DNA of 64,000 bases from Octopus sinensis (GCF_006345805.1 NC_043005.1:50964001-51028000), one strand, 5' to 3'; shown: positions 1-12,968, counted from the first letter of the stretch. The notes: generated by a model not told the origin, from the sequence alone. Made by a program: numbers and translations.

Positions 1-267
1 CGTTGAATCTTTTAGTAATGCGGTTCGCCAGATGATGAGCCTTGTCTCATGCAGTGCGATTTTCCACACAAACACACACTCATATGTGTGTGTGTGTGAA
101 TATGAGTGTGTATGTGCATGTATATATTTATGTATGTATACAGACACACACATATATATATAACCATATATGTTTATCCATACCTATATACATATATATT
201 TATATAACATTTGCTTGAATTCTTTTATATTATATATATGATATATATGCGTGTATATGTATATATA

Positions 268-1124
268 CAGGGTGTGATGGGTAAATTGTCGCCATTTTAT
301 ATTTTTTATTTCACGTATGCGCATTGTTTTTAATTTTGTCGACTACACAGTATGGTAAGGTCGATTGGGCACCGTCTATGAGAAAAACAGCATAATGACG
401 CTATTCACTCTGCCAGAAATTTGGAAACGACATGCTGTACTGCTTGGCATTCGCATCGTAAGCTCTAATACGAACATTTCAGAGTGTTTGGGTGTTAATC
501 TGAGGACAGTGCAATCGGAGGATATGTACTGAGAGTGATAAAATTCAGTCAACATCAGAGTGTTTGGGGTGATCACTAGTGATGGCGACGTTATGCCTCC
601 ATTCATCTTCCCAAACGGTCTCACATTCAACACAAAGGCCTACATCAAGTGCCCGGAGGATGTAGTGTGGCTCTGGGTCAAGAGGGTGGTTGCTGGAAGA
701 CCCTATGTCTGGCAGCAGGACTCTGCAACATGCTACAGAAGCAGAAGAATCCAGTAATGGCGAACACATCACCCCTAACATCTGGCCACCTAACTCCCCA
801 GATGCAACCTCACTTGACTATTACGTGGGGGGGGGGGCAGTTGAGCGAGAGACCAACAAAACTCCTTGTAGTATCAAAGATGAACTGAAGGCAAGGAGTA
901 TGGCAGCATTCACCAACAAGGAGACCATCCAGAAGAGTTGCATGGGATTCTGAAGTTGTCTAGAGGCTGTGGTTGAAGCCAATGGCGATTTTATTGAATA
1001 AATTTACTCTTTAGTATTTCGAGATATTTCTATGTAATTTTGGTAAATACATCTTTTAACATGTGACGTCAGTGTTACTTTCGTTTTTGCGAAATTTAGA
1101 CGACAGTTTATTCACCACACCCTA
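268..1124 (+). mobile_element. Internally deleted maT/DD37D (Tc1/mariner) non-autonomous transposon
   Basis: Imperfect TIRs CAGGGTGTGATGGGTAAATTGTCG (268) and CGACAGTTTATTCACCACACCCTA (to 1124), flanked by TA. Transposase remnants VFGVITSDGDVMPPFIFPNG, YVWQQDSATC and IWPPNSPDATSLDYYV, with frameshifts. Confidence 0.85.
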
Positions 1125-1128
1125 TATA

Positions 1129-1166
<38 letters not shown>

Positions 1167-1176
1167 CATACATACA

Positions 1177-1212
<36 letters not shown>

Positions 1213-1645
1213 CATATATACATATACATACACATACGTACATAGATGCAACAAACATACATACATACATGCATGCAAACATGTGTGTGTGTAGGAATGT
1301 ATATTTAAGTATGTACATATAAACGTACACACATGTAGAAGATTTGTTTGTAATTGTTTATTATGGAAACATTAATGGATTTAAAAACAGTATTGCTCCC
1401 AACTGAACATAAAAGAAATGTGAAGAAAAAAAAAACATTAATAAAGAAGCTTAAACGCGAATAGAGACAAATCTTCAATGCAATTTTGAAACAAAAGCTA
1501 TTCCCTTCATACATAAATATAAACGTATGTTTACTCACTCATACATACATTAAAGCGAATATATATTTTTAAGTAAATGGATCTCTGCTTTCATAATGAG
1601 TTTTCTCCTTCTTCGATCAACTGAACTACGTATACACTGCGTATA

Positions 1646-2897
1646 CAGGAGTTAGACAAAATGATGGAAACACCTGGCATCGCAGCATCATAATTTTGAA
1701 ATATCTATAAAACCGACAAGAGCTTCTGTATGTTTATGTTTTTTTTTATTTATTTGTTGCTTGATATGTTTTGCTAAAATTGCTGTTTCTTTTCAGATTA
1801 TCATCAGAAAAAGGTAATTAAAATTCATTAAAATGACAGATCAATCGGACTTTCAAAGAGGTTGAATTGTTGGTGCTCGTATGGCAGGCACTAGCGTAAC
1901 GAAAGCAGCCGAAATGTTTGGTGTATCAAGAAGTACTGTCTCGAAAGTAATGACAGCCTTTGAGAAAGAGGGGAAAACCTCCTCGTCGAAACAAAACTAC
2001 GGAAGAAAACGAAAACTTTCAGATAGGAACCGTCGAACTCGTACGCGAATTGTTAGAATGGATCACAAAAATACAGCTCCCAAGATTACTGCAGAGCTCA
2101 ATGACCACCAAGGGAACCAAGTTTCTACAAAAGCTGTTCGCCGGGAGCTGCACAAAGCCGGATTTCAAGAAAGAGCTACAATCAGAAAACCACTACTTTC
2201 AAAAACAACCGTTTCAAAGCGTTTAGAGTGGAGTAAAAATCTACAGAATTGATCCCTGAAGCAGCGGAAGAATGTTATTTTCTCGGACGAGTCATCCTTT
2301 ACCTTATTTCCGACCACCGGCCGAGTATGCGTTTCGAGACAGTCAAATGAAGAATTTGACCCAGACTGCCTTCTTCCAACTGTTAAACGTGGATGATGAT
2401 CTGTAATGATCTAGGGGTCTATATCTTGGAAATCCACCGGCCTAATGGTATCCCTTCATTGCAGAATTAATAGTCAAGACTATTTAAGCATCTTATGTGA
2501 TCAAATTCATCCTATGGTTGCGGAACTGTTTCTAGAGGTAAACGTAATCTTTCAGGATGATAGTGTACCAATTCACACAGCTAAGCTTGTTACTGAAGTG
2601 CACGAGGAACATTCTAGTGAAGTTGAACATCTTATCTGGCCACCACAGTTCCCAGATCTCAATATTATTGAACATTTCTGTTGCATTTTAGAAAAACAAA
2701 TAAGGTGTCGATATCCTCCACCATCATCACTACGAGTAGCTGAAGAATTGATAAAAATTCCTTTGGAAAAAATTCAAATTTGTACGAGTCCATACCATGT
2801 AGAATTCGAGCTGTAATTACTGCCAAAGGCGGTCCTACCCAATATTCAAATAAATTTGTTTGAAATGTCAAGGTGTTTCCATTATTTCTCCTCCAAC

Positions 2898-2900
<3 letters not shown>
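1646..2900 (+). mobile_element. Tc1-like DNA transposon, decayed transposase with D36E spacing
   Basis: TIRs CAGGAGTTAGACAAAATGATGGAAACACC / GGTGTTTCCATTATTTCTCCTCCAACCCT next to TA. ATG at 1833 (MTDQSDFQRG*IVGARMAG HTH start), FSDESSF, IFQDDSVPIHT and WPPQFPDLNIIEHF; several stops and frameshifts. Confidence 0.9.
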
Positions 2901-2939
<39 letters not shown>

Positions 2940-3094
2940 GGGAAAAGGACAAAATAAATGAAGACAGGACGAGTTCTTGAGGGATATGCCGCGGAATTGT
3001 TTGTCCTATGAACCAGTGAACTAAACCCTTCCTATTCTTTATATATATATGGTGGTTGTCTACTCCTTATGCAAATTTTGACCACTTCCTGCAC

Positions 3095-3305
3095 CTACAC
3101 CTTAGAAACATAATGGCATCTGATATGACATTGTAAACCAGACACTTCTTTTAAGAGACACCCACTTAGATTGCATATCCGATTTGGACCACTAAGAGCT
3201 GCAGTTAAGCTCTGATCTTTGTGTATCTTAAAATGTCTTTTGAGGACTCCGTTAGATTTGTAGACCTTCCGGTATACATTACATTGAAAGGTGTGCAGAG
3301 ACATA
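3095..3305 (-). mobile_element. Probable RTE-type LINE C-terminal remnant with twin C2H2-like fingers
   Basis: Translates FQCNVYRKVYKSNGVLKRHFKIH...CNLSGCLLKEVSGLQCHIRCH*; similar remnant at 63440-63650. Confidence 0.5.
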
Positions 3306-3597
3306 TAAGCTGAATAGTTGGTGGGTAAAGGGCCCTCTTCTGTTATGAATGACCATGGGATTGCACCTAGGAAATTACTCTCCGGGGCACAAGTCCGAGC
3401 AAGGTTGTTTATTGAAGACCAGCAGTCGCCCATGCATAACATCCTCCTCTCTCCATGCAACTGACGTTATCGCAGGGAACGGCAAAGGCCGATACAGCTT
3501 GGCATCAGTAACGTCACAACTCATTTCTACAGATGACTGAACTGGACCAACATGAAAAAAAGTGTCTGACTAAAGAACAGAACACACAGCCCAGTCC
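3305..3597 (-). mobile_element. tRNA-derived SINE (family C), head truncated
   Basis: Homologous to the copies at 41540-41876 (-) and 62537-62860 (+). Confidence 0.7.
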
Positions 3598-4335
3598 ATA
3601 TAAATATAAATATATAATTTTCTTTGAATATTTGTTGTGCGCCATCTAAGACTATCTCTTTCCTTTCCTTACTTCTCTTTTACTTTCTTCTCTCTGTCTT
3701 TCTCTCTTACCCTTTCTCTTACACTCCTCCGTTTCTTCGGTCCCTCTGCTCTATACAACCTTTCGTCTCTCTTCCCACTTCCACGCGAGCAGTGTCGACC
3801 TAAGGCGGTGTCGTACTTTTTCGGCCTGCCTTTGAGCAGACCGGTCACGCTCGTCTGTTCTCCTCTCTGCCTCTCTTGAGTCTACTGTCCTTTAGGACAT
3901 TTTCCCATTCTTCCTTTGCGTTACCCACATTTGTCTGTTTTATAGCAGTACGGCCTTTTTCTGTCGTATATGTATAGTTATTCTTTTTCTGATGTATATG
4001 TATAATTATGTTTTGTATATGTATGTATATGTATAATTATTTTTGTTGTATACGTACAATTACTACATTACTTTAGTTCTTGTCGTATACGTTAATTCGC
4101 TATTCCCGGTAGCCTTCTGCTCTGGCGTTGCCAGGACGGAGAGGTATCAGTGTTAAAAGCGCGAAACCATTATGATCTCGCAGACATTGACTGACGAGTA
4201 ATCAGCTACGATTTTTCCGTGTACTATAATTTTGCCAAACTTTCCGTTTGTTACGTTTTTGTTAAACTTTTCCGTTTGTTGTGTTCTTTTTATTCTATCC
4301 TTAATATATATATATATATATATATTCAATGCATA

Positions 4336-4570
4336 TACAAGGATGATAGAAAAGTGAATGATCGGCAGTCTTTATTTAAAGTCACTACAATTGTTTCGTC
4401 ACATTTTTACACGTGTAGTACATTCGTGAGATGTGTAGTCATTGTTAGCTATCCAAGGTGTAAAATGCACTCCTCAGGTTGTTGTTTAAATAAATCCTTC
4501 GTTAGATCCTACCGTCATTTAACTCAGTGTGAGGATGCATATCCAAAGTGATGTGGTGTTATTTTCAACA
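4336..4570 (-). mobile_element. Possible mariner 3' end remnant
   Basis: TA-CAAGGATGATAGAAAAGT resembles a mariner TIR; minus strand gives DLFKQQPEECILHLG, like mariner C-termini. Confidence 0.35.
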
Positions 4571-5327
4571 GTTTATTGACCAAATACATATATGTATACG
4601 TGTGTGACTACGTGTGGACGCGGTGTATTTGTTACCTAGATTACATATCATAAAAAAAAAATACGTGCCTGGACGGGCGTATGATCTTCTTTGTCTGAAT
4701 ATCATATAGCCATTGTTTCATAGAGCTTCGTCTAATTAGGTTTCAGCACATTCTCCGGACACTTTAATTTTATTCATTTCTTTGCGATTCGTTCATGACA
4801 AAAAGATTTATTCTCCTCTTCCTTTCAAACCCTTACGCTCTATTCACCGATATAATATATGGTGCATGGTTCTACAAATCGATTAAAATTCTACCAATAA
4901 ATGTTGCTGCTATTCCTTCTATTCTGAATTGTACTCTCATGTGAAAACTCACTTGACGTGATTGATTGGATGCGAGAAATGTTCAGTAGTAACTAGCATT
5001 TTTCAACATTTTATAATATAACGTAATATGACAAATGTGTGTGGTGTGTGTGTGTATACATGCATGATAAACATAATACACTCACACACACATATATATA
5101 TACATATATATATATACTTATACATATGTATACACACATACATACATAGATAAATATATATATACACATATATATATATACATATACATACGTATATAAT
5201 ATGTATTTATGCATACATGTATGATATATATATATATACATATATAATATATATACATACATACATATATACATTATATATATATATATATATATACATA
5301 TATATACATACATATATATATACATAT

Positions 5328-5362
<35 letters not shown>

Positions 5363-5367
5363 TAATA

Positions 5368-5410
<43 letters not shown>

Positions 5411-5917
5411 ATATATGCATACACACATACCGCAAGAAATGCAAATTTTCTTCATTCAAAGTTACAGCAGAATGCTCTAAGGTGAATAAATTCATGTTCA
5501 AACGTTCAGAACTACAGTATAATAATAAACATGGATCTTAAAAGACAAAGGCATGCCTTTGTACATACGCATGCGCGTGCACACACACACACGCACCCAC
5601 ATACACATACGCAATCTCACAAACAAACACATACATTCATACACACATACAGGTATCCCTCGCGTTACGGCTACCTTAGGTTACGAAATTTCGGAAATTG
5701 TAATACATAACCAATAATTTCGGGATACGGTTTGTAATTTCCCTCTTGCGGAAACTCGGAGTGCCTAGTTTTAAATTGTTAACATTCTAAAATTACATTT
5801 CCCTCTTTGCTCAATGGTCACTTGCATTTTAGCTATGGCAAAGTATATACATAGTTAACGATTTGAAAATATATCATGTTAATCACATACACACATGTAT
5901 ATTTAATGTATATATCG

Positions 5918-5976
<59 letters not shown>

Positions 5977-6562
5977 ATGTGTATGAATGTATGTGTGCTT
6001 GGGTGTTTCTATCATGGACACCAACATAACCAACAGCAGCAACAGCCGTTCAAGAATTTGGACCTGGAGTTCTCCATTCCAGCGACTTCGAGGGCCACCT
6101 CCCAATGATGTCGGGCGTCAACGAAGAACCCTCGACTACAACAAGACGACCAAAGTTTTTTTTTTCCAAGGTCTGGGGTCCCCTACCCCTAAGCCCTAGA
6201 CCATCACCTAATCACCCTTATCTGTCTTGTTGCTTAACAACAACAACAACAGCAGCAGCAACAGTAGTACATAATATGAGAAAGATAAGCAGATATATTT
6301 TAAATAACTACATAAAGCAAGTTGAATAAAATGTCTTTGACCATAGGTCTCTGGGGATTGACTTGAGAGTAAACAGCTACGACAATACAATTAGCAAGAA
6401 CAATATGATCACCACACCACCAAAAATACCCGCCCACCATCACTAACATCTAAACCAACGGAACCCACATCATCACCACTATCAACCCACCAACATTTGA
6501 ATCCAGCTGGCAACAAAAGATATCATCATGTATGCTAATATGTGTGTGGCTGTAAGTGTATG

Positions 6563-6698
6563 AAAGTAAAGGTAAATTTATCTTCTCGAGTCATGCTGAC
6601 TCATAAGGGCCGGTTTCTCGGTTTCTTGGCGCATATATTCCCCCACCTGGACGGGTTACTTATTTTGCCAGCTGAGTGGACTGGAGCTACGTGAAATG
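6563..6698 (-). mobile_element. SINE remnant
   Basis: AAAGTAAAGGTAAA...GAGTCATGCTGACTCATAAGGGCCGGTTT tail-like segment joined to CAGCTGAGTGGACTGGAGC, which is shared with SINEs elsewhere in the window. Confidence 0.4.
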
Positions 6699-6722
6699 TA
6701 GTACATTATTTACAAAGTTGTT

Positions 6723-6768
6723 AACACAACGTTTCGGCTGATATACCCTCCAGCCTTCTTCATGTGAC
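6723..6768 (-). ncRNA. Minimal type I hammerhead-like motif (degenerate, C3 to A)
   Basis: Minus strand: GTCAC ATGAAGA A GGCTG gagggtatat CAGCC GAAA C GTT GTGTT. Stem II is 5 bp, stem I is 4/5 bp, GUU triplet. Confidence 0.55.
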
Positions 6769-6849
6769 TTGGGAAAATCTCGAACCTGGGTTCTCATTCC
6801 TAATGTATTTTTCGATGTTATTATTATTATTATTATTATCATTATTATT

Positions 6850-7447
6850 CTATGTTTGACTTTTGCTTTACATTTGTACAAGTTGGCTCCAAGTCTCACC
6901 CAGAGACCTCAAGAGACAACAGGCTGGAAGTTCATGTTGTTGTTATGTCTAGTGTGCCATATATTTGGTTTTGTATTTAGTGTTGTACTAGTGAATGTTT
7001 AAAAAAATCATACGAAAATTATGTTTGTTTTAAAACTTGAGATTACATAGAAAGTATTTTGCGTAGGATATGAGCAGTTCCCATGAGCACTATCTTTTGA
7101 ATTTCTGCCATTTTGGGGTTTCCTAGTATCTGAGTTAGGTAGCAATCAGCCCCTTTTGCTATCATTCCCAGGGCACCTATGACAACAGGTATTGTTTTAG
7201 TCTTCAGGTTCCACATTTTGCTGATTTCTATTTCAAGATCTTTATATTTGTTCAGTTTTTGGTAGATCTTGACAGATAAGTTTATATCGATTGGGACAGT
7301 CATATCAACGAGGTGGCATGTTATTTGTCTGAAGTCTTTCAATATGATGTCTGGCCTATTTGCATCTATCTTTCTGTCAGTTTGAATGGTGAAGTTCCAG
7401 AGGAGTGAGGTGTGGTCATTTTCAAGCACTAGAGGTGGTTTGTGTTT
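6850..7447 (-). mobile_element. R4/Dong-clade non-LTR retrotransposon 3' fragment (subfamily B, RLE domain)
   Basis: ORF 7043-7429 LWNFTIQTDRKIDANRPDIILKD...KLNKYKDL...PVVIGALG; 3' motif GGTCTCTGGGTGAGACTTGG; (AAT)n tail at 6818-6849 and (ATT)n at its 5' junction. Confidence 0.9.
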
Positions 7448-7466
7448 ATTATTATTATTATTATTA

Positions 7467-10391
7467 CTTTTTTTTTTTCTTCTTTCAAATTTTCTTCCAT
7501 TTCTTGCCGAGTGTCTTCCCGACTCCTAGGGCAAAGAAACTCATAGTGTATATTGGTAGGCCATTAAACCAAACTCAGAAGTTCGTTCATTTTTTTTTTT
7601 TTTTTTTAAAGTTAGATTAAAATACATGAGCAGCAACAGTTCTCACATCGACAATGCTCTTCTCAATACGTGTGATGTACCAGTTAAGACAATCTTTTGC
7701 ACTTCTTGCAGGGATGGTAAGCCAGGGATCATTCTCATATAATTTTCGGTTCCCTTCTTGATCATTCCTAGTGCTCCTACGATCACTGGTATTGTAACCG
7801 CCTTGAGATGCCACATTTTCTCAATATCAATGTGTAGGTCTTTATATTTTCTGAGCTTGTCAAACTCTTTCGCTGAGATATTATGATCACAGGGGATGCT
7901 CATGTCGATCAATAAGCAAACTTTATTGTTTTGGTCTTTCACAACAATATCTGGTTTATTGGCCTTGATGGTTCGGTCTGTATGTACTGGAAAGTCCCAC
8001 AGAATGGTTACATTTTCTCCTTCAGTTACAGCCTCAGGGTGGTGATTATACCACTTGTCGGCAGTTTTGATATTGTAATGCCGACTTATTAGCCAGTGGA
8101 GATATTGGCCAACTCTGTCATGTCTTAATTTATACTCCACTGGTGCTAAGACTTTACATCCAGAGATTAGGTGGTCCACTGTTTCAATCATGTCGTTGCA
8201 GAATCGGCATTTTGGGTCTGCTCCATTTTTCATCACATTGGCCTGGTAGTTCCGGGTTAATAGGCTTTGGTCTTGAGCAGCCAGGATGAAACCTTCGCCC
8301 TCTGCTTTTAGCCCTGAGCTCCGCAGCCACTGATGGGTTTGCTTCTGGTCAACATCAGCTTGTTTGCTGCGGGTCACATATTTGCCGTGCAGAGGTTTCT
8401 CCTCCCACCTATCAGCCAATTGCTCGTGCGTTTTTTCATTGCCATCATTTTCACCTTCTTTGCAACAATAGTTGCCGTACTTCCCTCGGGTTGTTCAGTT
8501 TGGGTATCCTGCACGAGATCAATAGCAAATTTTTTGCTTTCCTTGATGATAGAATGAAGCTTCTTTCGTCTCTCGTGATTTTCCACGAGCTTTAGCATCC
8601 AGTCATTCGATATTTCGAGATATTTGGCCAGTCCAATTGTGGTTGTTTTGTAAGCTAGTTCAAATTGGATCAGGCCTCGACCTCCTTGGGCTCTGGGAAG
8701 GTAAAGGCGATCTACGTCTGCCTTTGGGTGGTGCATCCTATTACAACTCAGCAGCTTGCGTATTTTTCTATCTATATTCTTTACTTCACTCATATTCCAG
8801 TTCAACACATTGTAGCTATAAGTAACAACTGGAACTGCTAAGGAATTTATAGCTAACACCTTGTTACGTGCATTTAGTTCAGATTTCAGGACTGCACGAA
8901 CTCTCCTATAACATTCCTTCCTGATTTTCTCTTTCATGCTTGCATGCTGAATACCAGAGCCTTCATTTATCCCTAAATATTTGTATGTCTGTTCTTGCTC
9001 AAGCTCTCTTATGACTGTGTCAACATCTAACACGACTGAATTTGTGGTCTTCACTTTCCCTTTCTGGAAAGTGGCCTTGGCACATTTCTCAAGTCCAAAC
9101 TCCATCCCGATGTCATCGCTGAATGCTTTCACGGTGCGCAATAGGCCTTCAAGTTCATTATTGTCTTTACCATAAAGTTTTAAGTCATCCATATAAAATA
9201 GATGGCTTATTTTTTTATTGGCAATTTTATACCCATACCCTGTTCTGTTTAATTCACTTGTAAGGGGTATTAGGGCTATGCAGAATATTAAAGGTGAAAG
9301 TGAGTCACCTTGAAAAATTCCACAGTTGATGTTTATATTTTCTGAGGCAAGTACTCCATTAGAGTGGTATAATTGGAGATTCGTATTCCACAACGACATA
9401 TTGTGCTTCAGGAAGTTTGAAATCACAGGGGAATTTTGAAGATGTCCAGCGATCTCAAGATCCATGGATGCGGTATACTGTCGAAGGCCTTTTTATAGTC
9501 AATCCATGCGGTGCTGAGATTTCTGCGCTTGTTGTGACAGTTCTCAAGGATCATACGATTGATTAGCAGTTGATCTTTGCATCCGTAAGAGCCTCGGCGG
9601 CACCCTTTTTGTTCAATGGGGAAAATATCGTTCTTCTCCATGAATGCATATGTTTTCTCCGCCAGGATAGATGTTAGGATTTTATACGTGGTGGATAGAC
9701 AGGTTATAGGCCGATAGTTTTTTGGAAGGTTGGTTTCGTTATTCTTTGGGAGTAGGTAAGTAATGCCACTTGCTAACCATTCAGGTGTTTTCTTTGGGTC
9801 TCTCAAAATTCCATTGAGCAGCTGAACTAGCTTACCGTGTGCGCACGGGAGCGATGCGAGCCAGAAATTCGGCACCCTATCTTTACCGGGGGATTTCCAA
9901 TTATGGGCCTTCGTGAGTGCCTTTCTTAGGTCTGCTATTGTGATGTCTTCCCATGCTTGTTGTTGTAAATTTTGGTAGGATCCTTCAGTTTGTATAATCC
10001 AGTCTGCATTTATGTTGTACGTCTTCTTCTCACTCCAAATCCTTTCCCAAAAGTTTTGAACTTCTTCCATGGGAGGGGGGTCTTTAACGTTTACTTTCTC
10101 CTTCCCTATTTCTCTGTAGAATTTTTTGGCATTGGATGTGAACAGCTTATTTTGCTTGTAAAACTTGTTTCTCTTCTCAAATCTTCGTATTCTTTGGGCT
10201 TTTGCTTGGACTTTTTGTTTCAGCGTTTCTTTTATTGATATCAGTTCTTCTCTTGGTGAGGATCCAAATTTTCTCTTCATCTTTCTTCCTGTTCTGGATC
10301 TTACATCATTTCCACATATTAGTTCATTTAATATTGATATTTCCCCTCTCATAAATTCAATCTCTTTTTCAATTTTACTTCTCCAGGTAAA
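7467..10391 (-). mobile_element. R4/Dong-clade non-LTR retrotransposon (RT + CCHC + RLE), 5'-truncated, subfamily A
   Basis: Three overlapping ORFs (9423-10352, 8374-9465, 7643-8419): NYRPITCL, WIDYKKAFDSIPH, GIFQGDSLSPL, HLFYMDDLKLY, CRFCNDMIETVDHLISGC and KPDIVVKD...KYKDL. Flanked by (ATT)n at 7448-7465 and 10392-10466. Confidence 0.95.
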
Positions 10392-10424
<33 letters not shown>

Positions 10425-10561
10425 AATAATAATAAAATTATTATTATATTATTATTATTATTATTATCGTTCAGTAGTGTTATTTCTATAACGTGCTTTC
10501 ACTTCACTACCGAGCTATTATTATTATTATTATTATTATCATCATCATTATTATTATTGTT

Positions 10562-10625
10562 CAGGAATCGAACTCAGAATCTTGGGGTTAGTAGCCCGCG
10601 CTCTGAACCACTAAGCCATATGCCC
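10562..10625 (-). mobile_element. tRNA-like Pol III head of a SINE-like element
   Basis: GGGCATATGGCTTAGTGG (A box)...GAGTTCGATTCC (B box), followed by (AAT)n; no 3' acceptor stem, so not a tRNA gene. Confidence 0.7.
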
Positions 10626-10704
10626 GTTGTGTTAACAACAAACAAGATGCGGACAAATATCTGTCGAATGTAAATAATGTAAATAATTTCTCATTTCTTA
10701 AATA

Positions 10705-10816
10705 TAGAAGTGAAATGTGTTTTCCTCAAGAGCTCAACTCACCCAGTCCAGGAATCGAAACCACAATCTTACGATCATGAGTCCAACACCCTAACCACTA
10801 AGCCACGCGCCTCCAC
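10705..10816 (-). mobile_element. tRNA-derived SINE head (family B), truncated
   Basis: GTGGAGGCGCGTGGCTTAGTGGTTAGG...GGTTTCGATTCC, matching the head at 14681. Confidence 0.6.
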
Positions 10817-11148
10817 AATGTCTATGAGAGTGTGTTTGAGTGTCTTTGTGAATGTTTGCATTTTAACATGCGCGTGCGCATGTGTGTGTTTATGTCTTAA
10901 GTCAGAAATGCAAGAGGCGAATTGCCTATAAAATCTGGTGACCCTTCAACTAACTGTAATCATAGAGTACTTTCTGTTCCTCAATCCTTCGCCTTTTCAT
11001 CTTATTTTCATTATCACATCCATAGGAATACGACAATTTTCCGCTTTTGCGAAACAGATCTTTCCTTCTTTCCTAGATCAATCATTTTACTACATATTTG
11101 TTGTGGATAACAAATCTGCGCTGTTGCTGGATGTATCTTCAATTTGAA

Positions 11149-11380
11149 ATGTCTGGAAAGAAGCTGTCAAGTAAAACTGAAGGCAGTAGTTCGAAAAGGA
11201 ACCGTATTTACACTGGATATTAAACATAATGTTTTAAAATAATTGATGCGGGTGAATAATTAAGTTATATTGCCAAAGCACTAAATGTTACAACGTCCAC
11301 AGTGGGAGCAATTCGTGACAACACCAAAGAAAATGATGTCAAGTGCTGAAGAAGCTCCTCCCTTAACTGCCCGGATTTTA
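11149..11380 (+). pseudogene. Tigger/pogo transposase N-terminal HTH remnant
   Basis: MSGKKLSSKTEGSSSKR..VFTLDIKHNVLK*IDAGE*LSYIAKALNVTTSTVGAIRDN resembles the CENP-B-type HTH; broken by stops and frameshift. Confidence 0.55.
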
Positions 11381-12477
11381 TTTTGCAATAGATTTATTGT
11401 AATGCTTAAAATGGAATCGAGGATCACAACCGGTTTAATGTGTCGATAAACATTATATTAATTCAAGATAAAAAGCCAAAAGTTTATATGACGATAAAGA
11501 TAAATCAGGTTCTCGGCTTCAAATATTGGTACAAGGCCAGTAATTCCGGTGGAGGGGATAATTCAAATGCATCGATAATTCAACTGGTACTTATTTTATC
11601 AACCTCCGAATGGGTGAATAACAGTCGACGTCGACAGCATTACCGTTCATCCTTTCGGAATCGATAAAATTAATACCAGTTGGGCAATGGAGTAGAAGTG
11701 TAGAGACGATAGACTACACCACTCTTCAAAATTTAGTTTTATGCTAAAATAAGGCAGGATATAAGTTTCAAATTTTGGCACAAGACCAGTAATTTCGGTG
11801 GAGCTGATCAGTCGATTTCATCGAACCCATTATACTCAACTGGGACGAAAGGTAAAGTTGCCCCCGGCGGCACTGCTTTCATCGTTTCGGAGTCGATAGA
11901 ATAAGTACCAGTTAAGCACTTGGGCAGAGGTAATCGACTTTCCTACCCCTCAGAAGTGCGGGCCTTTAGCCAAAATAAGATTGAATATGAGTTTTCTCAA
12001 CGCAATGCACGCCGGTAGCGGGGCCGCAGGATTTCCTGCTTATGTGGTTAAGTTTTATATTTACTTTTCTAAAAATGCAACCTTAGCTACCATAATTTTA
12101 AGGCACATGTTAATGAAAACAATTATAAGATATTTTCTAAAGGTATCCAGTGTGTGGTATGGCAGTCATGTAATACGACCAGCCCATCATTTCGGTCCAA
12201 TATTGCAACAAGTAAATTTAGTCTTAAGTGTGCAGGCTGCCTACGTCACAGATGCCAGCACTGTCGCAAAGGCCTAATGAGACAACGTAAAGTTCTGTTT
12301 GTTCAGATTAGTTGACTAAGGCCTGTTTTTCATCGAAGTGTAAGGTTATATGGGTGTGCACGGTTACCTCAATATCTGTTTTATCGATGCCAACGACGAA
12401 TTACGCGCGCACACACATACACAAATACACACATGCGCACAAACATTTCCTATATAATACATATATATGAGATATAC

Positions 12478-12870
12478 CGGCGAGCTGGCAGAAACGTTAG
12501 CACGCCGGGCGAAATGCGTAACCGTATTTCGTCTGCCGTTACGTTGTGAGTTCAAATTCCGCCGAGGTCGACTTTGCCTTTCATCCTTTCGGAGTCGATA
12601 AATTAAGTACTAGTTACGCACTGGGAACGATGTAATCGACTTAATCCGTTTGTCTGTCCTTGTTTGTACCCTCTGTGTTTAGCCCTTTGTGGGCAGTAAA
12701 GAAATAGGTATTTCGTTTGTGTTTACGTTCTGAGCTCAAATTCCGCCGATGTCGACTTTGCTTTTCATCCCTTCGGGGTCGATAAATTAAGTACCAGTTG
12801 CGTATTGGGGTCGATCTAATCGACTGGCCGCCTCACCCAAAAATTCGGGCTTTGTGCCTAGTGTAGAAAC
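12478..12870 (+). mobile_element. tRNA-derived SINE (family A) with internal tandem unit
   Basis: GGCGAGCTGGCAGAAACGTTAGCACGCCGGGCG head; core GAGGTCGACTTTGCCTTTCATCCTTTCGGGGTCGATAAATTAAGTACCAG present twice. Confidence 0.85.
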
Positions 12871-12906
12871 GAATACATATTTGAGATATTATACACAAGA
12901 TATGTG

Positions 12907-12968
<62 letters not shown>

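Noticed and set aside
4155-4210. GAAAC...CTGACGAG order suggesting a type II hammerhead; homologous repeat at about 42000-42140
   Set aside because: Stems I-III do not pair consistently in both copies, and the second copy reads CTGGTGA; kept only as a dispersed repeat.
5650-5700. Tigger-like TIR (TA-CAGGTATCCCTCGCGTTACG)
   Set aside because: No partner TIR found, so an element cannot be delimited.
10562-10625. Possible tRNA gene
   Set aside because: Has A/B boxes but no 3' acceptor strand; runs into (AAT)n, so it is a SINE-type head.
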